From positions 62,001 to 126,000 of the forward strand of contig FLMG01003999.1 in assembly GCA_900088475.1 (NCBI GenBank): 64,000 bases of DNA, given 5' to 3'. Position 1 is the first letter of the stretch; each line of letters begins with the position of its first letter. The notes beneath the pieces were generated by a model. It saw only the letters and a program-made list of their open reading frames with translations, was not told the DNA's origin and ran no database searches. The stretch is from Hyphochytrium catenoides (taxonomy: Eukaryota > Protista > Hyphochytriomycota). This document shows positions 51,001 through 63,700 of this stretch, in pieces. Position numbers and translations under genes: made by a program.

Positions 51001-54000
51001 CACAGCCCACCCAAAGAGATAGGGCGTTCTCCACCAAGTCCGCCAATTCTGCGGACGCATCTGGTTGCTCCCTGTCCACTGGGCCTAGAAAAAGACCCTG
51101 TCCGTTACTTACTACGGCAGCAGAACTGGCGTCTCTTGCTATCTCGATCAATCGCTCTTGCAGAGCATGAAAGTCCACTTGATCAATGATGACATTCAGC
51201 ATCTTGCCGCTGAGCTGCCGTACAAGTAGACGAAAGTCGCGAGAGCCTGGGCCTGCTGCTTGGCTGGCGATGCCTTCAACCGTTGCCAACGAGGGGTTGT
51301 CTTCTACAATACCCCTATCGGTGATCGCGCCTTGATTCAGAGCTGACGGACAAGTGCTTTCCTTAGGTAATGCCTCCGCCTTCTCCTTATCACTATCTGG
51401 GATGTCCTTGCCTCTATCAGTCGCAACCGTCGACATTTTACTGGGTGAATTTGGCTGAGGTCCGACCAGTGGCTCTGTGGATTGGCTGTTCTGTCTCACG
51501 AGATTGACCGTCTCGATTAGGTCTGGGTGTTGAACGCTTAAGGCGCCTAGAAGGAAGAAACCAACAATCTTGAGAACAAGTGCCAGGCACTTCTCTTTAA
51601 GCATCTGTACAGGAGTTAAGCCAGGACCACTAGGAGAGGCGGCACTTGCGGGAAGGGTTATGCCTATTGCAATATTAGTTTCCTTGTTTGCCCCTGCCAC
51701 TGTACCGGCAGAAGGTGACGATGCTGGAGTTGAGTTGGCAGAGCCAACGATGGGCCCAGAAAGACCGCCGGTGCGCGACATCAGGATATTATAAAGATGA
51801 TGGAAACCTCCGGATAGGAGGAACATTTTCCTCCAGTGCGCCCTTTCCTCCGTTTCCTTTGCGGTCTCGTCAGTGTCCCACGTCTCCACCCAACTTTCGA
51901 CAATCTGCAGTGAGTAGAAGAGCTTGAATATTGAGGTACTATCTAGAAGCAAGTTCCAATCAGCATCCGGGCTTCGAACAAGGTCCAACTTCCATAGGTT
52001 GGTTTGCACGTCTGGGTTTGTTGGCAGGCGCATCAGCAAACTCCATACTCTCTCTGGAATTTTTGGGTGACAAAGATCCACCAAATGGACCAGAACATGG
52101 AAGTATCGTGCGTTGGTACTAATAATGTATCGGGGAAGAGCGGCCTGCGCCTTCGTGTCTGGCTTTTCGCTGTCCACTTGGAGCTTCATCAGATCTTGTC
52201 CATAGCCATGCGCCCTTAAGTTATTCCTCACGACGACCTCATTATTTTTGGAAGAAAATCGGTAAAGTTCTAAGAAGTTTTCAAGCGTCATCCTGCCATC
52301 CTTGTCATCGTCATACTGTGTGAAGAAGTTGGTCACTCTGGAGTCGTCCGGTCTGCAGTTATCATGAAGGCAGCTGTCTATGAAGCGCGCTGCACCTTCT
52401 CGATCCATGTAGCCGTCCACCGAAAAGCGCTGAAACCATTCCGTGAATATTTTACGTGCTTGGGCTACCAGTTCCCCTTCCGCTGTGAGCAGAGCGGCCT
52501 TCGGAGTTTCCGGTTCCGGCACAGGGAAGACATGTAGCGTTTCTCCGTTTTTTATATTGAGCTCTATGAGGGTCTTCGTATTGTGCACGTCTTCAACCTT
52601 CTTACCGTTATGCCTGCCGATACCAACAATATGGGAGGCAACATTTACTCTTTGGCCTAGCCTCATTCTCAACTCCCAGATGGTAGTGTTCCCGTTCACC
52701 TCTAGCTCAAATTTCCTTGGCGCACGAATGCGATCAATGTCGTTGACAATCTTAATTGTCCGCCGACCGCCTCGAATCCGAGCAGAATGGGCCTTTAAAC
52801 CCGCATTGCCTTTGACCTCTGACTGGTCCAGCAAGGTCTCCAGCAGAGAGATGGCTCTATCTATGGATTGGTATTCTCCACTCTCAAGCGATTGCTCGAT
52901 CTCGTCCATACAGCGCGCAATGTACTGTGATCGCACCTCGCCCAATTGGCTTTGAAGCTCTGCCGGAAGGCTCTGATAGAGCTTGTTTAACAAGTCGATG
53001 GCTTCATTCACCACTTCTACGTCCACCGTCACAAACGCAACGCGCCAAATACTATCTAGTCCAATATGTTCTCGAGGAAGGCGAAGAAGGTGAAGGTCGG
53101 GAGACAAGGATGAAGGGGGACTCTTCTCCAACATGATATAGTCACTCCTCCTCTGGTCCCTGGTGGTGGCCACAGACGTTAGATTGCCCTTTTGCTCGTT
53201 GACCAGGAGGAAGAAGGCACGAAGACAGTGGAAGAAGTATGCGTTGATTTCTTTCAGGTTCAGGGATGGGTTCGCTAACCGCTTGGTAAAGAACTCCTCC
53301 GGTACGTCCGCATCGAAAATAGAACTTCCTTGGGTCTGAGAAAGGGCGAGGTCCTCCAGCCATCGCAATATGACGCTTCTCTCCTCAGAAAGCTTTGCTT
53401 CCTCGTAGAAAGCCTGCCACAGTCTTTGTATCTGCTCCACCGTGAATCGCCGAGACGACTTGACAATGAGAAACTTCAGCATGGAGAGGCGTATTGTCAG
53501 CTGGTCCACATAGGGTATCCGACCCAGCACCCCGATGTTGCTAACAGGGTGAGACAAGTCCTGGCTCGTCTTGGAATAATTTGGTGTTGGAGGCCGTCCT
53601 CCTCTCTTTGCAGGGCTTCTAGAAGCCTCCTTGGCCGTAATCCTATACAAGAGGAGCTCCCCTGATGAAATAGGAGGGTGAGGAGACGAACTCGTGACCC
53701 CAATAATAGGTGGGCGAGAGAACTAGTCGGCATACGCAATATTTAGTCCCGCACGGCGAACACCTGGTAGCACGGACTGCCAGCTATGGCTGCACCATCC
53801 TACGTACCTAAAATAACTTCTATCATGTTGAACTGAGCACAGAGGTTTTCCACCACCTCTCCCTGAGTAGTAGGGCTGAGGTGTCGGAGTGTCGGAGGGA
53901 AGGTTTCAATGAGATTCCGCATCATCAGGAGGTTCTGTGCGACATTACGACCTGCGGCAACGAAGTCCCGAAAAACGGAATGAATGAAGGAGGAGAAGTT

Positions 54001-56895
54001 AATAATTAATGGTAACTACGAAGGATCAAAAGAGCCGAGGAGGGAGAACTGGAAATGATACCTTTTTCAAGATTGCTTAGGCAGCGGTGAATCAGTGGTA
54101 TCCTCTCCTGTAAGAGTGTCTGACCGCGGACGAGATTGACCATGGCTTCACTTGCTGCCTTAATAACAGCTTCAGAGTAGCCCTTATCACTGTCGACAAT
54201 TCTCCAGTAGAGATCTAACCCGACATAGGCGGCCTGGACACCTACCCGAATCAGCGGCAGAAGGCAGAGAAGATAGAACGGAATAGGGTTAGTCCAAGTG
54301 GACAAGCCCATAAGCCTCACTTGTCTTAGGTTTATCTTGCCTTTGTCGAAGAGCCGAGCAAGGTCCAGGATTAGCTCGACCGTTTGCTGCTCGAAGTGTT
54401 CAGCGGGCAACTCTCCAATCCTCTTGATAAGGTAGGTAAGATGCTCCTCAGAAAGAGAGTAGGACACATCCCTAATCAGCTGGACATATAGGTTAATACT
54501 TTCGAGTGCAGAGCGCTCTTCCTGAGCTACAAGGCCAGATATTTCAACGTTACCTTATAGACAGCTGACACCTTATCTTCTGTCTGTCCTAACGTAGACG
54601 ACCAGATGGTCTCAATATCTTCTTTACGGAGGTCTCCGTGCTGGCTCAGGAACCTTATCAGGTCGGCCCCTCTACTAATCAATTGCGGATGGCAACCGAA
54701 AAGCTCTTCAAGTAGCTTAGTATCTCGAATCCATTGCAGGAGTGCCTCAGCCGTAAGCCACACCGCTTCTTTGTCATTGACTTTGGTGATGAGCCCGATC
54801 CCGCATTCAGGGCGCATAGAACACGCCGAGTCAGTGTCAAGGTGACGAAGCGGCCTACAGAAATACAGGAAACGCTCTCGATTGTACAGGAGAACTATAA
54901 AGTTATAGCAAGAAGGGTCACTTGCTCCCTGAGACTCGAAAAGAACTGAGGGAAAGAAAATCTTACAAGGCATATAGGGAGCTAAAGTAGCATTTCGGAC
55001 CTGCAGAGACAGAGTTCATGACAATGGTGAGGCCTTGGAGCTTTCTCTTCATAAAAGGAGACTTCAAACATTTGGCTGCCATCTGCAGCTGAAAGTTCTC
55101 CGTCATTTTGCCCACCTCAAGCTTGGAATAAATACGTCGCAACATGCGCTCCAAGCCTACAGGACAGACGTGTCACTTATTGTTCATATTCCGAGCAGGA
55201 TGAACGAGAAAACGATACGGCTAGTAGTGATCCACACCTGACGTTATTCCGTCCAAAATTGGCTTATCGAGATCTCTAAGCTCTGCTTCATCCAGCGACA
55301 GTATTGCGTCAAAGACAAGATCTCTGAATTGCAGAAAAAATATATCCGCAAAGGGCCGACTATAGAGATTAACTGGCTGTTGGATGGCTCGGACTATCAA
55401 CTGGATGCACTTCAGGGAGAGATCTCCAGCTCGGGACCCATTTCGCCGCCTCAAATAGCCAAGAAGGCCCTACAGAATGCGGACATTAGAAAGCCTGGAT
55501 TGTATGCAAAAGACGACCTTCTCACCTCGTAGCCATCAATTCTTCCAAAATGGTTCAGCGCATCTATCACGTATTGCGAACCGTACTTAGCGCTAGAACG
55601 CTTGACTGCCCAGCAGTCAGTGGGATCACTGTCATCTGCAACCGGCTCTTCGAGTACGAAGGAGTTAGCTCCTATTAACATCATCCGACGCAAGAAGCCC
55701 GAAGCGTTGCGGACAAGACGATTAGTTTTGATTAATCACAACAAGCATCCCCCGGAAAAGTTAAGGGGCTCAAAGATTTACCGGTGGCCCTGGTATTGAA
55801 CTGAGCTATTCTCGCAGATCTGTTGGGAATCCATTCGTCGTACTTGGAGCTCCACCCATGAAAATTGCCATTCTCGTCCGCCTTCTCACCGTTCGGGCTA
55901 TACACTCGGTATCCGACACAAACTTCCGGAACCCCGTTGAAGTTCCTTTTCGCTAAGATAGTGGCATTATACCACTTATTAGTAGGATCTAAGCAGTCTA
56001 TCAGCGTTCCCGGTTCAAGCTTCTTCCTCCACACCTCCTCAATCTGAGTTTTGGTGCCCTCAGGCGCAATGTCTGGCGATTCTCTGGAAACTATGACATC
56101 ATAATGCTCCATCATGTTCTCAAAGGAGATCTTGAAGGAGGTTGTCCCCATCTCTTCCACAATCTGTGCTCTCCTGCAGGTTTTAAATGCCAAATAAGTA
56201 GGTGAGTAAGAACGTACTTCATCCTGTACGGGTTGCCGAGGCTTACTTCCAGTGTCTTTGATTGCTGTATGCATCCACGTAGACGGCATCAATCCAATCA
56301 GCAAAGCCAATTCGGTTTCTCCATTCCGGAGTTGCTTCCTGAGGGCCCTCCTCCTCGAGGACCTCCTCCATGGCGTGGCCATAACGCTTATAGAATTTTG
56401 CACGGTAATCAAAGATCAGGGCTAAGGTCTAAGAAGAAGCACTTTTAGATAAGTGTGTAGTCAATGATGAGACATCGTCCACTACGTTCTGTCTTACCTC
56501 AAAAGCTTCAGGAAGGTTATTGTCAATAACTAGGACGATCAGGTCTAAGCAGCGGAGGAGCACTGCTTGGACCGCTTCTGCGTCGTCTGAGGTGCTGTAC
56601 TTTCTCTTCATCAAAATGGAAACTGTATGGGGTAGAAACTTCTTGACAAACTCCAGTTGGGTGTCCTGCAAGTGTCCTTCTGTATAAGAGGAGTTGCTAA
56701 CCATTAGTCTAGTCAGGGTACATGGCTACTGGTGCAAGATTACGGACCTTTCTCCTCCTTGAGGGCTATGGACCTGTTCAAATGCTCCCTCCAAAGCTCT
56801 AGTTCTGCCTTGATATCAGCCTCAACTCCCTCAAGCTTAGCGATGCAGGACCTTATGTCCTCATCGGAGTCATGGGTAACCTTGTTGGAGCCCAT
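45097..56895 (-). CDS. Giant USP9/USP24/USP34-like ubiquitin-specific protease, multi-exon
   Basis: Cys box GFVGLKNLGNTCYMNSVLQQ (~49820-49877), QQDAQQF, LHLNRF, KVNSRFEFPLILDMEPYT, His box YELVGVVVHSGTANSGHYYS, WLKFDD, NAYILFY. Long helical N-terminal scaffold and a terminal CPAC..CEMC finger. Probable ATG at 56895 (MGSNKV); the start is uncertain. Confidence 0.92.
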
Positions 56896-58140
56896 CTTGC
56901 CTGCTGACGGACTTTTTTCAGCTTCACTATCTCTTCTTTGATTCTTGACCCTCTGGCTACAGGAGAAGCCAATCTTACGCGCGGCACGTATCAGCGCATA
57001 AACTCCATAGCTTACTTGCCAGGAGTAACTTCATAACAGCACCCTCAGAACCTCACGCCTCCTTGAGCATCCAGCTCACCTTCCTTCCTTCTTGAGGTGT
57101 CTCTGTGGGCCTGCTAGCCCCTTAAATAGGCAGAAACTATACAATTCCTGAGCTTCATAATGAGTATTCGGCCCTCGTATGGCAAGGCAATGAAGGGGCA
57201 GAGCTTCGCATCGACTTGCTACTTCTCCTTCGCACCAGATCTGTGCATCTTCCCTCTTATATTTTATTGCCTTTCTTGCCTTTGTCTGCAAGGTCGTTCC
57301 ATCAAGCTTCTTCTTCCCAATTCCCAGCTTCATCCTCCACATGAGAAGAATCAGACGTCAGAGGTTATCAATCTCAGATAACTATCTCAGTCCCGAATTA
57401 CGATAATCCTCATTCTAGGAATCCTGTATCAGCTCTCAAAGAGTTTCGTGTGTGTTCATGTTTCGTGACATACTGAAGGCTTGAATGTCAGTGATACAGA
57501 ACTGTTCGTCGTCGTTGTGCGCTGTAGAAATACAGTTCATGATTCATGTAATCAAGTCGTTGGTCAGATTTGGGTACAGAACTTCCCTGAGATGGTGTTC
57601 TCAAGGTTCCGTGAAGGATTTCTAACAGAGCGACCTGTTCTGCCCTTCTTTCTACCTTGCCAGAACCAGTCTGCTGCTGCTTCTGATCTCTGGTCAATCT
57701 TTTGATCCTTGCACAGGAACATGGAGCCCATCATTGTCCTATGGGCTTATGTGATACGGAAGCTCGATACTCTACAGGGGCACCTGCCAAGACGCTTAGG
57801 ACAGACAGACGGGTTCCGACGGACGGTGGCTGCGAAGAACAAGAGAATAGGGTGGCCGCGCACGCCGACTGGGAAGAAGTTCGAGGCGCTGGACGACTTG
57901 TTTTGGAAGGGAAGAGCAGCTCTCTTATTATGGTCTGAAAAGCAAAAGAGACAGGTGCTCCACCGCCATTGCAGGTACGTCGTGTTTATCAAAGTAGGTA
58001 AAGAGACCGGAACTAGAGCGCTTACGTATACCTTTACTATTTGGAAAGAGTAGTTATAACTCTACCCTTGTATCCTCCCTCGTAGTTAGTTTGCTATTGT
58101 AACGCATACGAAGCGGCTCCACAAAAGGAGGCTCATCGCC

Positions 58141-61100
58141 ATGTCCGAAATTGAAACGACGGCTGCCAATGCCCCCGAGTTTGACGAGAGGCTAGTGGAG
58201 ATCCCGGCAGATGTCAGTCGAGACGCTATCACTGTTTTGAAGGCACCGTTGAAGGAAGAACGCGGAGAGGCTTTTGACTACTTGGTGCGCCAGCTCAAAA
58301 CAGCGGACGTCAANNNNNNNNNNNNNNNNNNNNNNNNNNNNNNNNNNNNNNNNNNNNNNNNNNNNNNNNNNNNNNNNNNNNNNNNNNNNNNNNNNNNNNN
58401 NNTGGCTTGGTCAACGTGGTAGAGCGGATGCATCTCATGAAGAAAGACAAGGATGGTACTATCAAGCCCTTCGCAGCGGAAAACAAGGCTGACTATGCCG
58501 TCAGCGGCACAGGACAGGGTGACGTTGCTCCGTTTACCAGGTTTGAACCACTTAGGGTGGGAGGCAGGGTTCAATGTGAACGATAGTGCTAATTGTATCC
58601 CTTCCAGCACGGAGAGAATCCTGATTCTGGAGCATATTTTGAGGGAGATAGCGGCAGGTCCAAGCCCTCCCATGCCCTTCATTCAAGGCAACAATATAAT
58701 CAACGCGTCGAAGAGAGCAGGTAGAACAATAGAAATTGGAAGAAAAGTGGCCCGCCAGCCAGCCGATGGATCTTCTAACCGCGACATGACTGTGCATTTT
58801 CAGGTCTTATTCTTTCACTCTATCCCCTACACGATGATGCTGTACGTGAGGAACTAAGGAAAGGCTGGGTGGAGGGAAAGGGCTTCAAGCAGCCGCTAGA
58901 CTTGATTAGAAGCTACTTTGGCGAAGAGGTATTGTCACGTATTCACACATATGTCCCAACAAAGCATTCATCAATGTGTCCAAAGGTTGGATTCTACTTT
59001 GCCTTCTTGGGTCATTATACTATCGAGCTTGTTATACCGGCTGGGCTTGGTGTGCTGGCCTTTCTTAACGAGGTAAGAAGTCCGAGAAGTGTTAACCATG
59101 CCCTTGCGAGCTGGCCGTATTGACAAGTCTTTTAACTGCCCCGCAGTTTATTAATGGGGTTGATAATTGGTTCACTCTCATTTTCTCGCTCTGCCTTGCT
59201 GGGTGGGCCACCACCTTCTTAGAAGGTTGGAAACGCAAGCAGGCGCGGCTTGCCTGGAGCTGGGGCGTATTTGATGATAAGGTACGCCTAGCAATGTCGA
59301 AGATGGGTTCCAAAGTCTGTAGCAGTACTCTCTCCTTGGGATCTTGTTTCCCATCGGCGCATTTTCTGGGCATCTCCTCGACTGAGCTGAGTTGATTCTT
59401 TGATATAAATGCAGGAACAAGAGGAAGAAAGGCCTCATTTTGAAGGAAAAGTAGTTGAGGATCCCGCCACGGTAAGATGTGCTACGGGTGGCAGTGCAAC
59501 CTAACAAGTATCTGACCGCGACGCGTAGAAGAAGTCGAAGAAGGTGTTTCCGAGTGAACTACGCTCCAAGCGGCTTATGCTAACTGGTGGAGGACTTCTG
59601 TTGGCATGCATCGGGGTTACCTTGATGGTCTTTTACACATTGGAGTTGCAGGTAGGTTGGAAGAAAGAGCCCTTGAGTGTAATCCCGCCAACGAGGACTA
59701 AATGGTTCTTGATTAGACTTATGTAGACACGGTGTATACCTATGAGAATGGCTATGTGGGGGCTTGGAGCTTTCTCTCCTACCTCGTAACTATTTTCTAC
59801 GTGGTCCTCAGCATTGGTCTGGAGAAAGGCTTCAACATGCTTGCTGAGTTTATGACGGAGTATGAGAACTGGAAGACCTACGGCCAGGTAGACTTGTCTC
59901 CTATGCTATTGGTAGCCAGCGTAATTTTGTGTACTTACTCAATCCTTACTGGTTCTCCTTTCGCTTATCCATTTTCCTGCTACATCCTAACTCTTCATTA
60001 TCCTCTATCTGCAACGTCCGGGTATCCTCTATCTCTCTGGGACATCGGCGCCTTGGAACGCGACATCGTGGACACTAACGGCCTGCCAGCACCGGGACGC
60101 GCTTATCCTGAAGTTAGTGGTCTTCCATTTCATTAGCAACTTTTTGTTCCTCCTATACTACACTTTCTACCTTCAAGATGTGAAGCTACTGCGGTCGCAG
60201 ATCATATTCCTCCTGGGCATCAGGCAGGTCATTGGTAACGTTCAGGTAAATATAATCAAGGTAAAGGAGGTCAAGGGGTAATGAATAGCAGTCTGACGGG
60301 AAACTCTGGATGCAGGAATCTTTGGTGCCATATATCTTGGCGAAGAGGAAGGAGAAAGCTATAGCTTCTCAGCATAACACGACCCTTAAGGAGGTGGAGA
60401 AAGCTGATATGTCTAAGGCGAGGGGCTTGGCACTGAAGGTGGGTTGCCAAGGCGAAACTGAACCACTATCTAGCTCTAGTGCAGTTGTTCGGATGCTCAT
60501 TTTCTTGTCGTAGCTGGAGCTAGAAGATGCACTGGATCCGTATGAGGATACATTTTACGATTATCTGGAGCTCCTCGTGCAATTTGGGTAAGACTTGATG
60601 GCCGCTATTGCGCCTAAGCACGTGATAGGTTTGAGGCTTAGGAAAACTCTTATTCTGGTTGCAGGAATATCACCATGTTCGCTGCTGCTTTCCCACTTGC
60701 TCCGCTTCTCGCGCTTGGCAACAACTTAATGGAGATTCGTACGGATGCACTTAAGGTACATTCTCCTTAACAGTATACAATCGTAGTACCTGTGCTAGTT
60801 TAGTGCCTGTGCTTTTCGAGACTAACGGCCAGTTGGGCTTCTAGCTTGTGAACAACTGTAAGCGGCCCATTCCTACACGGTGCTCGGACATGGGAGCCTG
60901 GCTACGCGCTTTTGAGCTTATTGGATACGCAGCCGTTATTACAAACTGTGGCATTATTGGCTTATCCTTTAGCCAGGCAAGTTGCGACCCTATGCTATTA
61001 CTGTAGTTGGTGAGTCCGCCACTGATGTCTTTTGACAGATTGATGGACTTCTACCAAGAAAAGACGAGACGGTAAGCTCAGCCCTTAGTGTCAGGGATTT

Positions 61101-61753
61101 GCAGCTTGAAGGCGTGAAATAACACTCCACGACTGTCCCTCCTCCTTAGACCAAGGTTATTGCCTTTGTTGTGATCGAGCACATCCTAATGGCGGCGAAG
61201 TTTGGCATTGACCTTCTGACTGACGATGTACCCAGTGATATCAGAGAGGTAATGATTCCTCACCTGTCGTGTGGAAATCCATTCTTTCATCAGCTGGCGC
61301 CACGTGTGTAGGCTATTGAGCAAAAGGAAAAGCTCAGAGCTCAGCTGTTGCCTGAAGAGATAGAGCGGACTGTAGAGGCAGTGCGGCTCCCTCCCAGAGA
61401 GTCAGTAAGAGCTGAGGACCTAAACTCAAAAAGGCGAAACCTGCAGCTGGCAGAAGAAACGACTGAATCTGCCACGAAGCGAAGGTAGGCTCTTCCCCTA
61501 TCGCTGCTGAATGAGGCTGTCTCACTTTGCTTTTGTGACAGTGCTCCAGCCACGGACCAAGAAAAGCGCATAATGGAGCTGGAGAATGAGGTCATGATGC
61601 TACGAAGAGTGGTCCGAGCAGCAGATGTTGGGGACTTAATGGCTATCTTCAAGCATTCTATGCCCCCGTAAGTGACGGTCAGCGGTTGCCATCCATAGCC
61701 TGCTGGTATCTGAGTCTCACCCTTTGATACCGCCTAGGTCTCGCAGAGGTTAA
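58141..61753 (+). CDS. Anoctamin/TMEM16 family, ANO8/ANO10-like (Ca2+-activated scramblase or channel), multi-exon, spans an assembly gap
   Basis: [113 protein letters not shown]....MGAW, IEHIL. Confidence 0.92.
58314..58402. other. Assembly gap (89 N)
   Basis: Run of N inside the 5' coding region of the anoctamin gene. Confidence 1.
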
Positions 61754-62935
61754 GGTCAGCCTCTCAAGCTCCAAAATAGGCGGCGGAGCAGTAGTGTCTT
61801 GCATATTTTCAATTATCGTAAACTAGATATTCCATCGTACTCCATAACGTTGAGCTCAATGAGGAAGCCGTGATCAGGCAATCTGACAGGAGGGAATGGT
61901 CGCTAGACACATGGTGAAGCTACTCTTTAGGCTAAGTAGCGACAGTCTCTCCGAATCGCTAATGCCACCAGCCCATGTCACAAATGCAGTCAAAGCTCGT
62001 GGACTAGCACTTGCTGCTAGAAGATAGAGTCACACGGGACCCAGCCGGTTTCGAGTAAAGTGGTAAAGCTTCTGGCTTCGCCTTCAGAGGCTATTATCAT
62101 GCTATCGGCTATCGGTCATTCCGTAGCGTTAAGGAAGGATGATGAGCGGATGTTGCATCCAACGTCGGCCACGGCCGCTCCGGGCACTGTGTGTGCTAGG
62201 ACTCTCCAACTTGGCCGAAGACTGCCCCTACAGTGCTTCGCTCTCATCACTCCTTCCTCCCTAGCCCTACAGAAAAAGAGGGGCAATCTGTTTCAAAATG
62301 ATCTCTCTTGGCTTCATGCCGTTCCACGTGGAGACATTTCTAGAAAAATAGAACAGTCTATGCCTGGGTTTTGGTACAGATGACCTAATATTATGAGGAC
62401 AATTCATAAAAAGTTTAAAGGGCCTCCTTCACGCATTCTCATTGGCTACCTGCCCCAGTATTGAAGTTAACTTGATGCTTCTATTGGTTGTCCACATCGT
62501 TCATCCTGTTATTACTAGGACAAGCTAGAATATCATCACGCTGTTCCATGTTCTGATGCTGTATTACTACTGCTTGATAGTCCTGAGAGCGTGACACGTC
62601 CTGCTTGCTGAACCGTCAACATCCAGCAAGATCTTCTTCATATTTCGTATTCAAGAACTTTGTCGCAGAGAAGCGGACGCAGGCGGTGGTGATGATTGCT
62701 GTGTGAGAGCAGGAGTGGAAGTGAAGACCTGCGTCAACCATCCAAGCCCACCTTACCACACGCAAATTCTTGACCCTGTCTGTCTCTGCCACGTTGGCGC
62801 GGCTGCCTCTTGGCTGAGGATAGAGTAACTTCTGACTGCCTCCGTCACTTCTTCATTTTCCGAGGATAACGCACATTCGACAAGACCTTTTCATTTCAAC
62901 TTCAGCGAGACTGCAAGCAACGATTGTGCTGATAA

Positions 62936-63700
62936 ATGAAGCTGATACCCTTAAGAAGCTCAACGATAGTGCTTTGCCTCCTCTTGCTAGGAGCACTAAC
63001 AAGTCAGGTTAAAGCCCATATCCAGTTTATAAGGTTTGGTGGACCTCGAAGTGGCTACGTCCGCCAGCCTCAGCCCTACTCCTATCTGAAGCCCAGCATT
63101 GTGCACCGTCTTTTAGCGAATCCACTCACACGGTCGTGGAAAAACTCTTCACCTTTGTGGAGACGGCAGTCACAATTCTTCGAGGATGACATTGCCGCTA
63201 TGCTTTCTGATGAGATGTTTTCCTTCAGCCCTCCATGGCTCAATGTTGAAGAGGTAGATCGGTGGTACGGAAAGCCCCTGTCCGCAAACCCAAGAAAATT
63301 GCAGTGTGGAGCACTTACTGAGTCCCCAAGTGTTTGCTCGTCGTCTGGGAGGGCATTGAATGGAAATCACCCAGCTAAGCTTCACTCAAGAGGCACAAGC
63401 TGTGCATCAGGAAGTGTAAGCACTGGGGATGCAAACGTCGAACCCATCTCAGTGGAAACTGTGCCTGGCGCTCTGGATAAGGAAGAGCCACCCCTCGCGG
63501 TGAGTGATGGGCTGGACCAGACCTCCGAATGTGCTGCATCCAATATTGCAGCAAAGGAGAAGAACGATGAACTTATTGTAGAAGACGATACAGCACTAGA
63601 GTTGGAGGATAAGCGAAAACAGCTTGAGCTTTTGGACCAACAGAACCACCGAGGATTTGCAGGCTACATCGATGCGACGGGAAGGTTTCAGCATTACTAG
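62936..63700 (+). CDS. Hypothetical secreted protein, 254 aa, single exon
   Basis: ATG-started ORF with a classic signal peptide (MKLIPLRSSTIVLCLLLLGALTSQVKA) and an acidic C-terminal half. No family recognised. Confidence 0.6.
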   Translation: MKLIPLRSSTIVLCLLLLGALTSQVKAHIQFIRFGGPRSGYVRQPQPYSYLKPSIVHRLLANPLTRSWKNSSPLWRRQSQFFEDDIAAMLSDEMFSFSPPWLNVEEVDRWYGKPLSANPRKLQCGALTESPSVCSSSGRALNGNHPAKLHSRGTSCASGSVSTGDANVEPISVETVPGALDKEEPPLAVSDGLDQTSECAASNIAAKEKNDELIVEDDTALELEDKRKQLELLDQQNHRGFAGYIDATGRFQHY

